Part shown: positions 9,001 through 18,128 of the stretch, piece after piece
How positions within the stretch are numbered: the stretch's first letter is position 1
Layout of the letters: every line of letters starts with the position of its first letter
Assembly: GCA_046347715.1 (NCBI GenBank)
Contig: JAXMFO010000011.1
Coordinates: 56,364 to 120,363, forward strand
Reading direction: 5' to 3'
Source: Burkholderiales bacterium
Lineage (GTDB): Bacteria > Pseudomonadota > Gammaproteobacteria > Burkholderiales > Casimicrobiaceae
Length of the DNA stretch: 64,000 nt
The notes under the pieces: model-generated
Told to the model about the DNA's origin: nothing
What the model saw: only the letters and a program-made list of their open reading frames with translations
The model's database searches: none
Made by a program: the position numbers and the translations under genes

Positions 9001-10430
9001 TTGGGCCCCTCGTCGGCCCGTTGCGTCCGCTCCAGGACGCGCTCGACACCTACGGCGATCTCCTCGTCGTCGACGCGGTGGACGCGCTGGTCGGGGGACG
9101 CGGTGACTTGGCCGCTCCCGCGATGGAGGCCGCGGCGGGTCTGGGACCGCCGCCGGACCTGCGCGTGCTGCGCACGCAGCGCGGGGCCCGCGCGGTCACC
9201 ACCATCGTCCTGGCCGCGCTGCCCGCGGCGGCGGCGCCGGCGAACGCCGGACCCGCCGAGATCGCCGACCCGGCGTTTGCGGCCCGTGTGCGCAGCGAAT
9301 GCGGCGCACCCGAGCTATGGACCTGGCAATTGCGCACCGCGATGCAAGCGCCGGTGCCGGTCACACTGGCGGATGCCGGGCTCGCACCGGTCGACGTGGT
9401 ATCGCTGCCGGACGCCGCGATCGCACGGGCCCTTCGCGCCGTCGCCGGTGCGGCGGCCGACGCCGCCGTCGTCTCCACCGGTGGCCAGGACCGTGTCGCC
9501 GTGGCGCGCCGCCTCGCAGCGATGCTTGCGGGAGAAGCGTCACTACCGGATTTTCGTACTGAGCCGACGGCGGGCGTCGACGTCAACGCGCAAGCCGCAC
9601 AGTCGCTGGCGCAGCGCATGCTCGCGCTCGTCGGCGCGGCGGGTGCCTTGAGCGCACGTCTCGCGCTCGCGCCCACCCCGGCGGACCGCCTGCTTGCCGC
9701 GCGGTGGCAACTTCCGGGAGACGACACGGCCGCGGCCACGCTGGGCGCCCGCATTGCGGCCGTGCAGCCCGCGGCCAGCGGCGACACCGCCGCGTTGCGC
9801 CGCGCGCTGCGGGCGCTCTCCGGGCACGCGGCACTCCCCGTGCTCCCCGTCGTCGCCCGCGCGCTGCTGCCGGCCAATCTCCAGGTCTCGGCACCGCTCG
9901 ATGGTCGCCCGGCGCTCGATCGCGTGTGGCTGGAGGTCGCCGCCGCGGTGCGGGCGCCGCTCGCGCGGCTCGAGGCGCACCAGTATGCGCGGCAGGTGGA
10001 AGGCGCCGCGCCATGGGCGGCGTGGACGACGAATCCCGCGAATCCGTGGCAGCCGTACGGTGATGACGCTGCGGTGGTCACGGTGTACGGCCCCGAAGGC
10101 ACGCCGCTCGACGATCCGCAGGCGCAGGTCGCCGTGGCCAGCATCGATCGGCTTGCCGAGGCGATCCCCGCCCGCGAGCACGCCACCGCTGCGGCGTTCG
10201 GGTTCAACGCTCCGAAGGCGCGTGCGCCGCAGGCGCTGCTCCTTGCCGTGCCGCCGGACCTCGACGCGCCGCTGGACGCCGAAGCGCTGGTTGCCATCGT
10301 GGACGAGACGCGCATGCTTGCCCGTGCGCGCGCTGCGCTTCCGGACACCCTGCGCGCGCTCGACCTCGCGCTGCCGATGCCTGTGCTGCTGGCGACAGGC
10401 CCCGCGGCGGTCGACCACGACGCGGGGTGA
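6090..10430 (+). CDS. Large conserved hypothetical protein (1446 aa)
   Basis: ATGA overlap with the upstream stop (6090-6093). Helical/coiled-coil-like N-terminus, then LPLRIETRF, GTPTN, IRIGEQPYGLLPATSL, LDTASHRVDPWVT, LLHAPS, FNAPKARAPQALLLAVPP. Confidence 0.8.
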   Translation: MTMAARHDDLDRYRKAFAAARAQLAAATAALDALPAYVRQAPAGTGQARDPRLAQRIAEAESLRRDAQRHRAALAGLQRDLDERDRFAQPAEAQRADVAARAWLDRVRTATQLLNELAPDPRRAYEGSPMSVPTAAALLAARDALGTPTADLAAVVAKAGAQAADLADLASTGRLRCDAVGTEVAVGVMLPLRIETRFRAPDDTRPEWQLRVRVFPESASLDRSGGPVRPSEADALRRFWREIDGDLAHPNSASAFHILADAVGPPRGAWLVRAVPVRRSEVDGPIDIDPVVVGAQDLRSFQQAVGLPDRLEVWAVRGGRAPARIATMAQLDRAALGQQADLHRQFVVDDVAADDVTLPETWWLSYEEAKRIGLAVDIDVGVVPPADIDVLYVVGMGGEGAAPLFESHAAAGSLAVLAPGTPTNTVEGEPAADLGRDPARWLANARRTGLDQPSGELVARALTGGRARLGALDGGDLDLAGPATAVVAALWPALWNRDTKDFWGGGRAAWEVGRWAARFLAPEGPYPAIRIGEQPYGLLPATSLARFVAHASDPPAERVVRKWAEAARAIAAEAATQDGNVVGATAERFLDLLAHVPVSPRPGWRYRLPLELERLLLLLAGVPATMSALEHDWDKRAQALLAAGLRPSERLTPHGPVYPWNERLTGGDPRKAIDELLRAPAETLAYTPDVRWRVQPLPLLARLLRHALILTNAELNRVGEAITNGTLAALDARLALPDDDAYRLAQLAGHDIGAAGQKTIEGSGDPLALAVQDAWYATRDAGAALLGHEPARLDAVLRATLDTASHRVDPWVTGVAERRLRWLAARGAKFRLGAYGWVDAPRPYTGAPDAASPLRPGPTDAGLLHAPSTRQALAAALLRDRAVRDPADSTFDLTLDSASIRAALRVADWVRSGVHLGEALGLEVERIAGDPATVLALRQAFPMRPEHGGRRVCDGQAVLADAVSGAPSAIVGPLVGPLRPLQDALDTYGDLLVVDAVDALVGGRGDLAAPAMEAAAGLGPPPDLRVLRTQRGARAVTTIVLAALPAAAAPANAGPAEIADPAFAARVRSECGAPELWTWQLRTAMQAPVPVTLADAGLAPVDVVSLPDAAIARALRAVAGAAADAAVVSTGGQDRVAVARRLAAMLAGEASLPDFRTEPTAGVDVNAQAAQSLAQRMLALVGAAGALSARLALAPTPADRLLAARWQLPGDDTAAATLGARIAAVQPAASGDTAALRRALRALSGHAALPVLPVVARALLPANLQVSAPLDGRPALDRVWLEVAAAVRAPLARLEAHQYARQVEGAAPWAAWTTNPANPWQPYGDDAAVVTVYGPEGTPLDDPQAQVAVASIDRLAEAIPAREHATAAAFGFNAPKARAPQALLLAVPPDLDAPLDAEALVAIVDETRMLARARAALPDTLRALDLALPMPVLLATGPAAVDHDAG

Positions 10431-10434
10431 CCGC

Positions 10435-11997
10435 ATGACCCTTTACGCACTTTATCGATCCCTCGAGCCGGCGGTGCCCACGGGCGACGTCGCGCGCGGC
10501 GTGCGCGCCGAAGTTGCCGATCCCGTATGGTTCCTGGCGCGGCAGTGGCAGATGGGCGAGCAGCAGGGCGAGGACGCGTCCTCGCCGGTGGTCATCGAGG
10601 CCGCAATCGCCCACATGCCGATCACCTACGATCCCGAGCGGCCGACGCTCGATCCCGCGGTGGTTCCCGCGGAGGCGCTGCTGGAAGCGGAGCCCGGCGA
10701 TTGGTGGACACTCGGCCGCCGCGCGCGGCTCGGTCGCGCCGCCGCGCCGCTCGTCGCCGGCCTCGGCCTGTCGGACGCGGCGCTCGTGGCGCTGCGTTTC
10801 GGCGGCGTGCCCGCGCCCTATGAAGCGCTCGCCGGGCAGTTGGACGGCCTGGCCGTGTTTCGCTCGGGGCTCCTGGGGGGCAACGCGTTGTGGGCCGAGG
10901 TGCCGTCGCCGCCGCCGGACCGCTGGCAGCCGGACACGCTCGTCCACCGGGCCGTGTTCGCGGCCGAGACAGCGCAGCTCGAGGTTCCCGACCACGGTGG
11001 CGGTGCGCTCGACTGGTACTCCGCCGACGGCGCGCCCACGGCCGCTGCGCCCGCGCTCTCCACGCGGCGGGTGTTGCCGTCGCGTCTGCGCTACCCGGGT
11101 GCGCCGGAGCCGCGCTGGTGGCAGATCGAAGACCATGCGGTGGACATCGGCGGGTTCGCGCCCGACCGCGCGCACGTCGCCACGCCGTTTTTCCTCGACG
11201 TGGCGGCGGGACACCGCGACGACTGGTTCACGTTCCCGGTGCCGCCGCCGTTCCTGCCCCGCGAATCGCCGCCGCCCTCGGCCGGCGTCGTCGTGCGCAT
11301 TGGCAGTGCCCGGGTCAAGGACACCTTCGACGAGTGGTGGGAAGTGCGGATCCCGCCTGCGCGCGAGGACCCACCCGAAGCGTGGAGCCGGCCGTGGTCG
11401 CTGTTCCGCACGCACGGCCTGCCGCGCACCGATCTCGTCGTGTGGCCGACCGCGACGGCGCCACTCGCCTCGGAGCCGCTCGACGACATCCTGCTCGGCG
11501 TCGACGAGGACGCGAACCTGCTGTGGGCGGTCGAGCTTACCGTCGACGGCACGTCGCTCCTCGGCGCCGCGGACACGCCCGACGCGGTGCGCCAGACGCT
11601 GCGCACGGGCACCCGCCGGTTCCACTACCTGCCGTCGACGACGCTGCCACCGCATTGGCACCCGTATCGCATCGAGGCCTCGGGCCACGCGGGGGGGCCG
11701 CAACGCATGTTCGTGCAGGGACTCGTCGCGGACCTCACCGGCGCCTTCCCGCGCACACGGGCGGGACCGCGTTCGTCCCTGCTCGGCGGACCCTCGGGCA
11801 CCGGTCCGGGGCGCGGCCACGAACTGCGGCCGGACGCGGTCGGAAGTGCCGGCCTGCGGCTCGTTCGCCGCTATCGGCTCGGTCGGGGCACGGACGGCCG
11901 GCCGGTGCTCTGGATCGAACGCAGCCGCGCTCCGCTGCTCGGCGGGCCGGTGTCGCACCTGCGGTTCGACGTGCTGGCCGAGGAGAAGGACGCATGA
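10435..11997 (+). CDS. Conserved hypothetical protein (520 aa)
   Basis: ATG 4 bp after the upstream stop. Motifs ADPVWFLARQWQMGEQQGEDASSPV, RYPGAPEPRWWQIED, DDWF, DEDANLLWAVE, HWHPY, SHLRFD. Confidence 0.8.
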   Translation: MTLYALYRSLEPAVPTGDVARGVRAEVADPVWFLARQWQMGEQQGEDASSPVVIEAAIAHMPITYDPERPTLDPAVVPAEALLEAEPGDWWTLGRRARLGRAAAPLVAGLGLSDAALVALRFGGVPAPYEALAGQLDGLAVFRSGLLGGNALWAEVPSPPPDRWQPDTLVHRAVFAAETAQLEVPDHGGGALDWYSADGAPTAAAPALSTRRVLPSRLRYPGAPEPRWWQIEDHAVDIGGFAPDRAHVATPFFLDVAAGHRDDWFTFPVPPPFLPRESPPPSAGVVVRIGSARVKDTFDEWWEVRIPPAREDPPEAWSRPWSLFRTHGLPRTDLVVWPTATAPLASEPLDDILLGVDEDANLLWAVELTVDGTSLLGAADTPDAVRQTLRTGTRRFHYLPSTTLPPHWHPYRIEASGHAGGPQRMFVQGLVADLTGAFPRTRAGPRSSLLGGPSGTGPGRGHELRPDAVGSAGLRLVRRYRLGRGTDGRPVLWIERSRAPLLGGPVSHLRFDVLAEEKDA

Positions 11998-14384
11998 TCG
12001 ACATCGACGTGAAGTTCGTGGACGCGCTGCGCGTCGACTATGTCGAAGGCGCCGAGGCGGGCTTCGACGCCGCCACGCGTGCGGTGTGGGACGCGCTCGT
12101 CGTCCAGTTCCCGTTCCTGACCCTCAATCCCCTCGTCAATTCCGTGCCCGTCGACGCCCTGCGCGACATGCTGGACGCCGTCCGTACGCAGGGCCTCGAG
12201 CCGCCGAACGTACTTTCCTTGTTCGAAGTCCCGTGCCCGGAGGCGGCGGTGGATGCCGTTGTCGCGGCGCTGCAGGCGCTGGCCTTCGTCGAGTGGGCGC
12301 AGGCCCGTCCCGGGTTGGCCCTGCCGGGCGTCGTCCACTATGGTGGCGATCCGCGCGTGGACGAGTCGTTTCAACTCGACCGGACGCCGAACGGCGTCGA
12401 TGCCGTCTACGCGTGGAACGTCGCCGGGGGTAGCGGGCGTGGCATCCGCTTTGCCGACATCGAGTATGGCTGGATGCTCGGCCACGAGGATCTCGCGGAT
12501 GCCCACGTCGTCCGTGCGTCGACCCCGGGTCCCGACGACGCCGTGGACCACGGCACGGCGGTCCTGGGGATCGTGCTCGCGACCGCCAACGGTCTGGGAG
12601 GCGTCGGAATCGCGCCTGACGCGGCGGGCTTCGTCGTTTCGGCGCGGCGTGCCAACGGCAGGGACAGCGTCGCGGACGCGCTGACGCAGGCCGGGTTCGC
12701 CGTCGGATCGGGCGGCGTCGTGCTGCTCGAGGTGGCTACTGCGTTCACGCCTGCGGGGGCCCCCGACATCCCGGTCGAGTTCAGCCGGGCGGTCGGCCAG
12801 GTGATCCAATTGCTCGCCGTGTTCGGCGTCACGGTGATCGAGCCCGCGGGCAACGGCGCGATCGACCTGGACGCTTTCCCGTTCCTTGCCCACCTGCAGC
12901 GCGGCCGACCGGGTTTCGTGGACACGTTTGCCGTGATGGTGGGGGCCGCGAACGCGGCTTCCGTGCAGCGCGCCAATTTCTCGTCGCACGGCGCCCGCGT
13001 GGACTGTTTCGGTGCCGGGACCTCCGTCCGCACGACGTCGTCCGCCGCGCCTGCGGGCCATGCCTACGAGGCGGGGTTCTCCGGCACGTCGTCGGCGTCG
13101 GCGATCGTCGCCGGCGCGGCGGTCGCGCTGCAGGGCATGGCGCTCGCCAACACGGGCAACTTCCTGGCCGCCATCGACGTCCGGCGCCTGCTGTCGGATC
13201 CGAACCTCAACGTGCTGTCGGCCAATTCGACCGCGGCCACGCCCAATGCGGACGGCATCGGCGTGCTCCCGGACTTGCGGGCGATCGCGCGGCACATGAA
13301 CTGGCCGCGCATCGTGCCCCCGGCTGTCGTCGCGGCGGACGCCGGCACCTTGCATGTCATGGGCCTGGACGACTTCGACCGACCCTTCAGCCGGCAGTGG
13401 CAGGAGGCTACCGACGCGTGGTCGGCAGCACTGGCGCGCGGGCAGTTCGCCACGCCGCCGGAGCAGGTGGCGCTGCTCGCGCGACACGAGCCGGTGCTCG
13501 ACCGCACCATGGTGCATGCACTCGTGGCCGGCGTGGACACCGAGGTGCGCTACTTCTGGTGGGACACACTGGGGCAGGCGGGTCCGGACTGGTTCAAGCT
13601 CTCGACCAACGCACGCCTGTCACGATCCGAGCCCGTCGCAGCCGGATTCTCGCGCGAAGACCGGTTGGAACTGGTTGCGGTGAATCAGGACGGCAGGCTG
13701 GTCGCGCTGCGCGCGAGCGTGTCGGCGGAAGTCCAGGACTTCGGCCCGCCGCAGGAGATCGACTCGGCGCTTTCGTTCGCCGGCTGCGCTGGTCCGGCGA
13801 TGGTGGAAAGCATCGCCGGCGCGCTCGACGTGGTCGCGATCGACAGCGTTGGCCGGCTGCGCTGGAGCGCGCTCAACGCCGGTACCGGCGACGACTGGGA
13901 CTTCCTGCACCCGATCGGCGGCGTGCAGACGAGGCTCGCGCGCACGATCCGCCCCGCGTTGGCGGCCCGGGGCACGAACCTCGACGTGCTGGTGATCGGG
14001 GTCGACCGGTTGCTCTATACGGCCAGCCGGCCGGATCCCGCGACGCTCGGCTGGAGCGACCTGCGCCCGATCGGCGGGGCCGTGCCTCTGTCCGTCGAGG
14101 GATCGATCGCCGTCGTGAGCCGCGGTGCGCAACTGCTCGACGCCTTCGTGATCGATACCGAAGGCTTCCTGCGCTGGACGGCGACCAACGCGAACCCGTT
14201 TGCAGACTGGAGCGAGCTCACGCCCATCGGCGGTCGGGCTTTCCAGCTCAGCGCGATCGCCGGCGTCACGGCGGTGACCCGCACGCCCGACACCTTGGAT
14301 GTCTTCGCGGTCGCGACGGACGGGTCAGTGCTCTGGTTGCGAGGTGTCGCGGGGTCGCCTTGGCCGGAGTTCGTGCCGATCTGA
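11994..14384 (+). CDS. S8 (subtilisin-like) serine peptidase with C-terminal beta-propeller repeats (796 aa)
   Basis: ATGA overlap and an AGGAGAAGGA RBS. Triad motifs FADIEYGW (Asp ~12456), HGTAVLG (His ~12549), oxyanion AGNG and GTSSASAIVAG (Ser ~13089). Seven C-terminal LDVxxxxxDGxL repeats. Confidence 0.88.
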   Translation: MIDIDVKFVDALRVDYVEGAEAGFDAATRAVWDALVVQFPFLTLNPLVNSVPVDALRDMLDAVRTQGLEPPNVLSLFEVPCPEAAVDAVVAALQALAFVEWAQARPGLALPGVVHYGGDPRVDESFQLDRTPNGVDAVYAWNVAGGSGRGIRFADIEYGWMLGHEDLADAHVVRASTPGPDDAVDHGTAVLGIVLATANGLGGVGIAPDAAGFVVSARRANGRDSVADALTQAGFAVGSGGVVLLEVATAFTPAGAPDIPVEFSRAVGQVIQLLAVFGVTVIEPAGNGAIDLDAFPFLAHLQRGRPGFVDTFAVMVGAANAASVQRANFSSHGARVDCFGAGTSVRTTSSAAPAGHAYEAGFSGTSSASAIVAGAAVALQGMALANTGNFLAAIDVRRLLSDPNLNVLSANSTAATPNADGIGVLPDLRAIARHMNWPRIVPPAVVAADAGTLHVMGLDDFDRPFSRQWQEATDAWSAALARGQFATPPEQVALLARHEPVLDRTMVHALVAGVDTEVRYFWWDTLGQAGPDWFKLSTNARLSRSEPVAAGFSREDRLELVAVNQDGRLVALRASVSAEVQDFGPPQEIDSALSFAGCAGPAMVESIAGALDVVAIDSVGRLRWSALNAGTGDDWDFLHPIGGVQTRLARTIRPALAARGTNLDVLVIGVDRLLYTASRPDPATLGWSDLRPIGGAVPLSVEGSIAVVSRGAQLLDAFVIDTEGFLRWTATNANPFADWSELTPIGGRAFQLSAIAGVTAVTRTPDTLDVFAVATDGSVLWLRGVAGSPWPEFVPI

Positions 14385-14738
14385 GGCGGGACGCGCGGCC
14401 GATCCCTCGGCGCGCGCGCCCGGCGTGGCTGACATTGCGCGATGATGCAGTGGTCAGACACTCCGTGCCGACCACACTATGGCGTGTCCGACTGGTGGCC
14501 GAAGGTCGCCGGATGCCACCGATCACAGCTACTAATCCAAGGTCCACATACGACATTGCCTGCGCCTTCATGACCCGCCATCAGGGTCGTCCCGTGTGGC
14601 ACAACCTGTCCGACCGTCGAGGCGGCCGGCAATCGGACGCCCGCCGCGGGCGGGCCAGCGCCTCGCCGACAGCGTTTCGGGCCGCGGTCCTGCGCCACTC
14701 GCGCTGCCGGTACCGCGCGTTGCCGGCGGCGACGGCAT

Positions 14739-15707
14739 TCACGCCACGACCCGCGTCGGCGACCCATCGAGGTATGCCACGATGTTCTCCACGGCCTGCG
14801 TGTAGAACCGGGTCATCGACTCGCGCACCACGAACCCCAGGTGCGGTGTAAGCACGACGTTCGGCAGCGTGGTGAACGGATGGCCCGGTGGCAGCGGCTC
14901 CACGTCGTAGACGTCGAGACCGGCGCGGATGTGGCCGGCGCGCAGCGCGGCGAGCAGCGCTGGTTCATCCACCAGCGGACCGCGCGACGTGTTGACGAAC
15001 ACCGCACCCGGCGGCATCGCGTCGATCTCCGCCGCGCCGATGACGCCGCGGGTGCGCTCCGACAGGCCGAGGTGCACCGACACGACGTCCGACGTGGCGA
15101 ACAGCGCGTGCTTGTCGACGCGCACGACGCCGTGGTCGGCGGCCTTCTCGTCCGTGAGATTGGGGCTCCACGCGACGACGTCCATCCCGAACGCCTGCGC
15201 GTAGCGTGCGACGCGCCCGCCGATGTGGCCCAGGCCCACGACACCGAGGCGCCTGCCCTCGAGCGTGCGGCCCATCGGCACGCCATCCTGCCAGCGTCCG
15301 GCGATGACGTTCGCATGGGCCTGCGGCAGGGCGCGCACGCACGCGAGCATGAGGGCGAACGTGAGTTCCGCGGTCGCGGTCGGTGGATTGGACTCGGTGT
15401 AGGTCACGACGATGTTGCGCGCGCGGCATGCCGCGAGGTCGAGGCTCGACGTGCGTCGCCCGGTCATGGCGATCAGCTTCAGGTTCGGCAGTCGCGCGAG
15501 CAGCCGTTCGGGGAAAGCCGTGCGCTCGCGCAGCAGCACCACGATGTCAAAGGGCGCGAGCGTCTGCGCGATCTCGTCTTCGTCGAGCCACGCCTTGCCG
15601 AACACGGTGACGTCGGCCCGCGCTTCGACCGGACGCCAGTCGGCGAGACGCCGGGCGACCGACTGGTAGTCGTCGATGACGGCGACACGCGGCCGGGTCG
15701 TCAGCAT
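14739..15707 (-). CDS. D-2-hydroxyacid dehydrogenase family protein
   Basis: VAVIDDYQ start, GVVGLGHIG Rossmann motif, VNTSRGPLVD, GLDVYDVEPL, LTPHLGF. Confidence 0.92.
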   Translation of the reverse strand: MLTTRPRVAVIDDYQSVARRLADWRPVEARADVTVFGKAWLDEDEIAQTLAPFDIVVLLRERTAFPERLLARLPNLKLIAMTGRRTSSLDLAACRARNIVVTYTESNPPTATAELTFALMLACVRALPQAHANVIAGRWQDGVPMGRTLEGRRLGVVGLGHIGGRVARYAQAFGMDVVAWSPNLTDEKAADHGVVRVDKHALFATSDVVSVHLGLSERTRGVIGAAEIDAMPPGAVFVNTSRGPLVDEPALLAALRAGHIRAGLDVYDVEPLPPGHPFTTLPNVVLTPHLGFVVRESMTRFYTQAVENIVAYLDGSPTRVVA

Positions 15708-16288
15708 GGCGGCAGCGCGGCCAGCACTTCGTCCGTGCTGCGCGTGCGGCCGATGCGCGGAAAGATGAACTTCAGGGTGTTGGCGTGCGCCTCCTCGTGC
15801 GGGCTCGCCATCGCGTCGGCCACGAACACCTGCTCGTACCCCCGCTCGAACGCGTCGCGCGCGGTCGACTCGACCCCCACGTTGGTCGAAATGCCGGCGA
15901 GCACGATCGTGCGGATGCCACGGCGGCGCAACTGCAGGTCGAGTTCGGTGCCGTAGAACGCGCCCCACTGCCGCTTGGTGATGCGGATGTCGCCGGGCTG
16001 CGCGCCCAGTTCCGCGACGACCGTCGACCAGTTGGCGGGCCGCGCGCCGGCCGGCGCGGCCGCGTCGCTCACGGGGACCAGCAGGTCCCTGCCGTCCGGC
16101 GAGTTGCCGACGGTGACGAGGAAGACCGGGGACCCGGCGGCACGGAAGGCGTCGGCGAGCCGCCTGCTGCGCGCGACGACCTCCGTGCTCGGTTGCGGGT
16201 GGACGTGCATCGCGACGATGCCGTACTGGAGGTCGATGAGGACCAGCGCGGTGGTGGCGGGGTCGAGAGCCAGGTCGGGCGTGCTCAT
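15701..16288 (-). CDS. Isochorismatase-family cysteine-hydrolase-like protein (YecD-like)
   Basis: TALVLIDLQ, ITKRQWGAFYGTELD, GISTNVGVESTARDAFERGY. Confidence 0.9.
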   Translation of the reverse strand: MSTPDLALDPATTALVLIDLQYGIVAMHVHPQPSTEVVARSRRLADAFRAAGSPVFLVTVGNSPDGRDLLVPVSDAAAPAGARPANWSTVVAELGAQPGDIRITKRQWGAFYGTELDLQLRRRGIRTIVLAGISTNVGVESTARDAFERGYEQVFVADAMASPHEEAHANTLKFIFPRIGRTRSTDEVLAALPPC

Positions 16289-16522
16289 GCTGCTCCTTCA
16301 GGGGGTGACGAACCATGCGTCGCGGGGCGCAGTATGCCGCGTCCCGCCGCCGGCCCGCGCCATCCGCTGCAACAGCGGCGACCGCACGCGGCATCGACCG
16401 CAATGGCGCGCGAGCGAGCGCCCGGCACGCCGGGGAGTTGACACCCGGCCGCGTTTGGGCAACGGTTCGCTCAGGCGTCAGGGTTCCTCCCTGTCGGCAT
16501 GCCATCCAGGAAAAGTGGAACG

Positions 16523-17290
16523 ATGAAGAGACTGCACGATCGGGTTGCGCTCGTGACCGGCGCCGCCGGCGGCCTCGGCCGCGCGACGTGCCTGCGCCTC
16601 GCCGCGGAGGGCGCGCGGCTGTGCCTCGTGGATCGCGTGGCGACCGCGTCCGTGCGGGCCGAGCTCGAGGCGGCGGGTGCCGCCGTGGTCGAGGCGTCCG
16701 CCGACGTCACGGACTCTGCTGCCGTCGCGGCCGCGGTCGCGGCGGCACGCGCGCACTTCGGGCGTATCGACGTGCTGGTCAACGTCGCGGGGGTGAACTC
16801 GCACGGGGCGTCCGACGACGTGACGGAAGCCGAGTGGAACCGCGTGCTTGCGTGCAACCTCACGAGCGTGTTCCTGTGCTGCAAGGCCGTGCTGCCGGGC
16901 ATGCGGGAGCAGCGCCACGGCCGGATCGTGAACGTGAGTTCGGTGCTCGCGAAGAACGGCGGCAACCCGCGACCGTGGATCGACCCCTCGGAGCAGAAGC
17001 GCGCGGGCAATCTCGCCTACGCGGCCGCGAAGGCCGGGATGCACGCACTCACCGCTTACCTCGCCAAGGAGAATGCGCACCACGGCATCACGGTGAACGT
17101 GGTTGCGCCGGGACCGGTGGCCACGGCCATGACCCACGACTTCCCGCAGGCGCTGAAGGACCTGATCCCCGTCGGGCGGATGGGCACGCCGGAGGACGTG
17201 GCGGACGCGATCGCGTTTCTCGCGGGGGACGCGGCGGGCTTCGTCACCGGCGAGGTGCTCGACGTCAACGGCGGCCTGTGGATGGACTAG
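16523..17290 (+). CDS. SDR family oxidoreductase
   Basis: TGAAGGLG, LVNVAG, YAAAK, VNVVAPG, TGEVLDVNGG. Confidence 0.92.
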   Translation: MKRLHDRVALVTGAAGGLGRATCLRLAAEGARLCLVDRVATASVRAELEAAGAAVVEASADVTDSAAVAAAVAAARAHFGRIDVLVNVAGVNSHGASDDVTEAEWNRVLACNLTSVFLCCKAVLPGMREQRHGRIVNVSSVLAKNGGNPRPWIDPSEQKRAGNLAYAAAKAGMHALTAYLAKENAHHGITVNVVAPGPVATAMTHDFPQALKDLIPVGRMGTPEDVADAIAFLAGDAAGFVTGEVLDVNGGLWMD

Positions 17291-17365
17291 GAGGATGCAG
17301 ACGGTGGCAGGAGAGCGAACCATGCACCCGCGGGCTCGGCATCGCGCAACGCCGGAGGCGCAGGG

Positions 17366-18025
17366 ATGAACGGCGCGGCGACGACCCTGCGCGCGGAGGA
17401 CCTCAGGCCCGAGGCCTGCTACAAGCTCCTCACCGGGCTCGTGGTGCCGCGGCCGATCGCGTGGATCACCACCCGCAGCGCCGACGGCCTCGTCAATCTC
17501 GCGCCTTTCAGCTGCTACACCTTCGTGTGCAGCGATCCGCCGATGCTCGGCGTGAACATCGGCCTGCGCGACGGCACGCTCAAGGACACGGCGCGCAACA
17601 TCCGCGATGCGCGCGAATTCGTCGTGAACGTCGGCAGCGAGCCGATGCTGCCCGCGATCCACCGCAGCGCCGACGAGTTCGCCCCGTCCGAGAGCGAGAC
17701 GGCGCTGCTCGGCCTCGCGCTGGCGGACAGCGAGGTGGTGGCCACGCCCCGGCTGCGCGACGTGCCGGCCAGCATGGAGTGCCGGCTCCACAGCGTGCAG
17801 GAGTACGGGCATGCCCGGGCGCAGTTCATCGTGGGCGAGGTGCTGCGCTTCCACTTCCGCGAGGGCGTGTGCGTCGACGGGAAGGTCGACGTCGCGAAGC
17901 TGAACCCGGTCGGACGGATCGGCGGCCTGCAGTATTGCCGCGTGGACAGCTTCATCAGCATGCCCCCCATCCGGCGCGCTGCCCAGCGCGCGGCGCCGAG
18001 GGTTGTGGAGGAGGGCGGCCGGTGA
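17366..18025 (+). CDS. Flavin reductase family protein (DIM6/NtaB-like)
   Basis: YKLLTGLVVPRPIAWITT, NLAPFS, KDTARNI, EFVVN. Confidence 0.9.
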   Translation: MNGAATTLRAEDLRPEACYKLLTGLVVPRPIAWITTRSADGLVNLAPFSCYTFVCSDPPMLGVNIGLRDGTLKDTARNIRDAREFVVNVGSEPMLPAIHRSADEFAPSESETALLGLALADSEVVATPRLRDVPASMECRLHSVQEYGHARAQFIVGEVLRFHFREGVCVDGKVDVAKLNPVGRIGGLQYCRVDSFISMPPIRRAAQRAAPRVVEEGGR

Positions 18026-18128
18026 TCCACGGGGCGCCGTCAGGGCGCCCGTGCGTGCCGTCGGCGCGAAGCGCGCGGCGCCGCGCCCGCGACCAATGAG
18101 AGGTCGCAGGCGCGGAAGTGCGTTTGCG

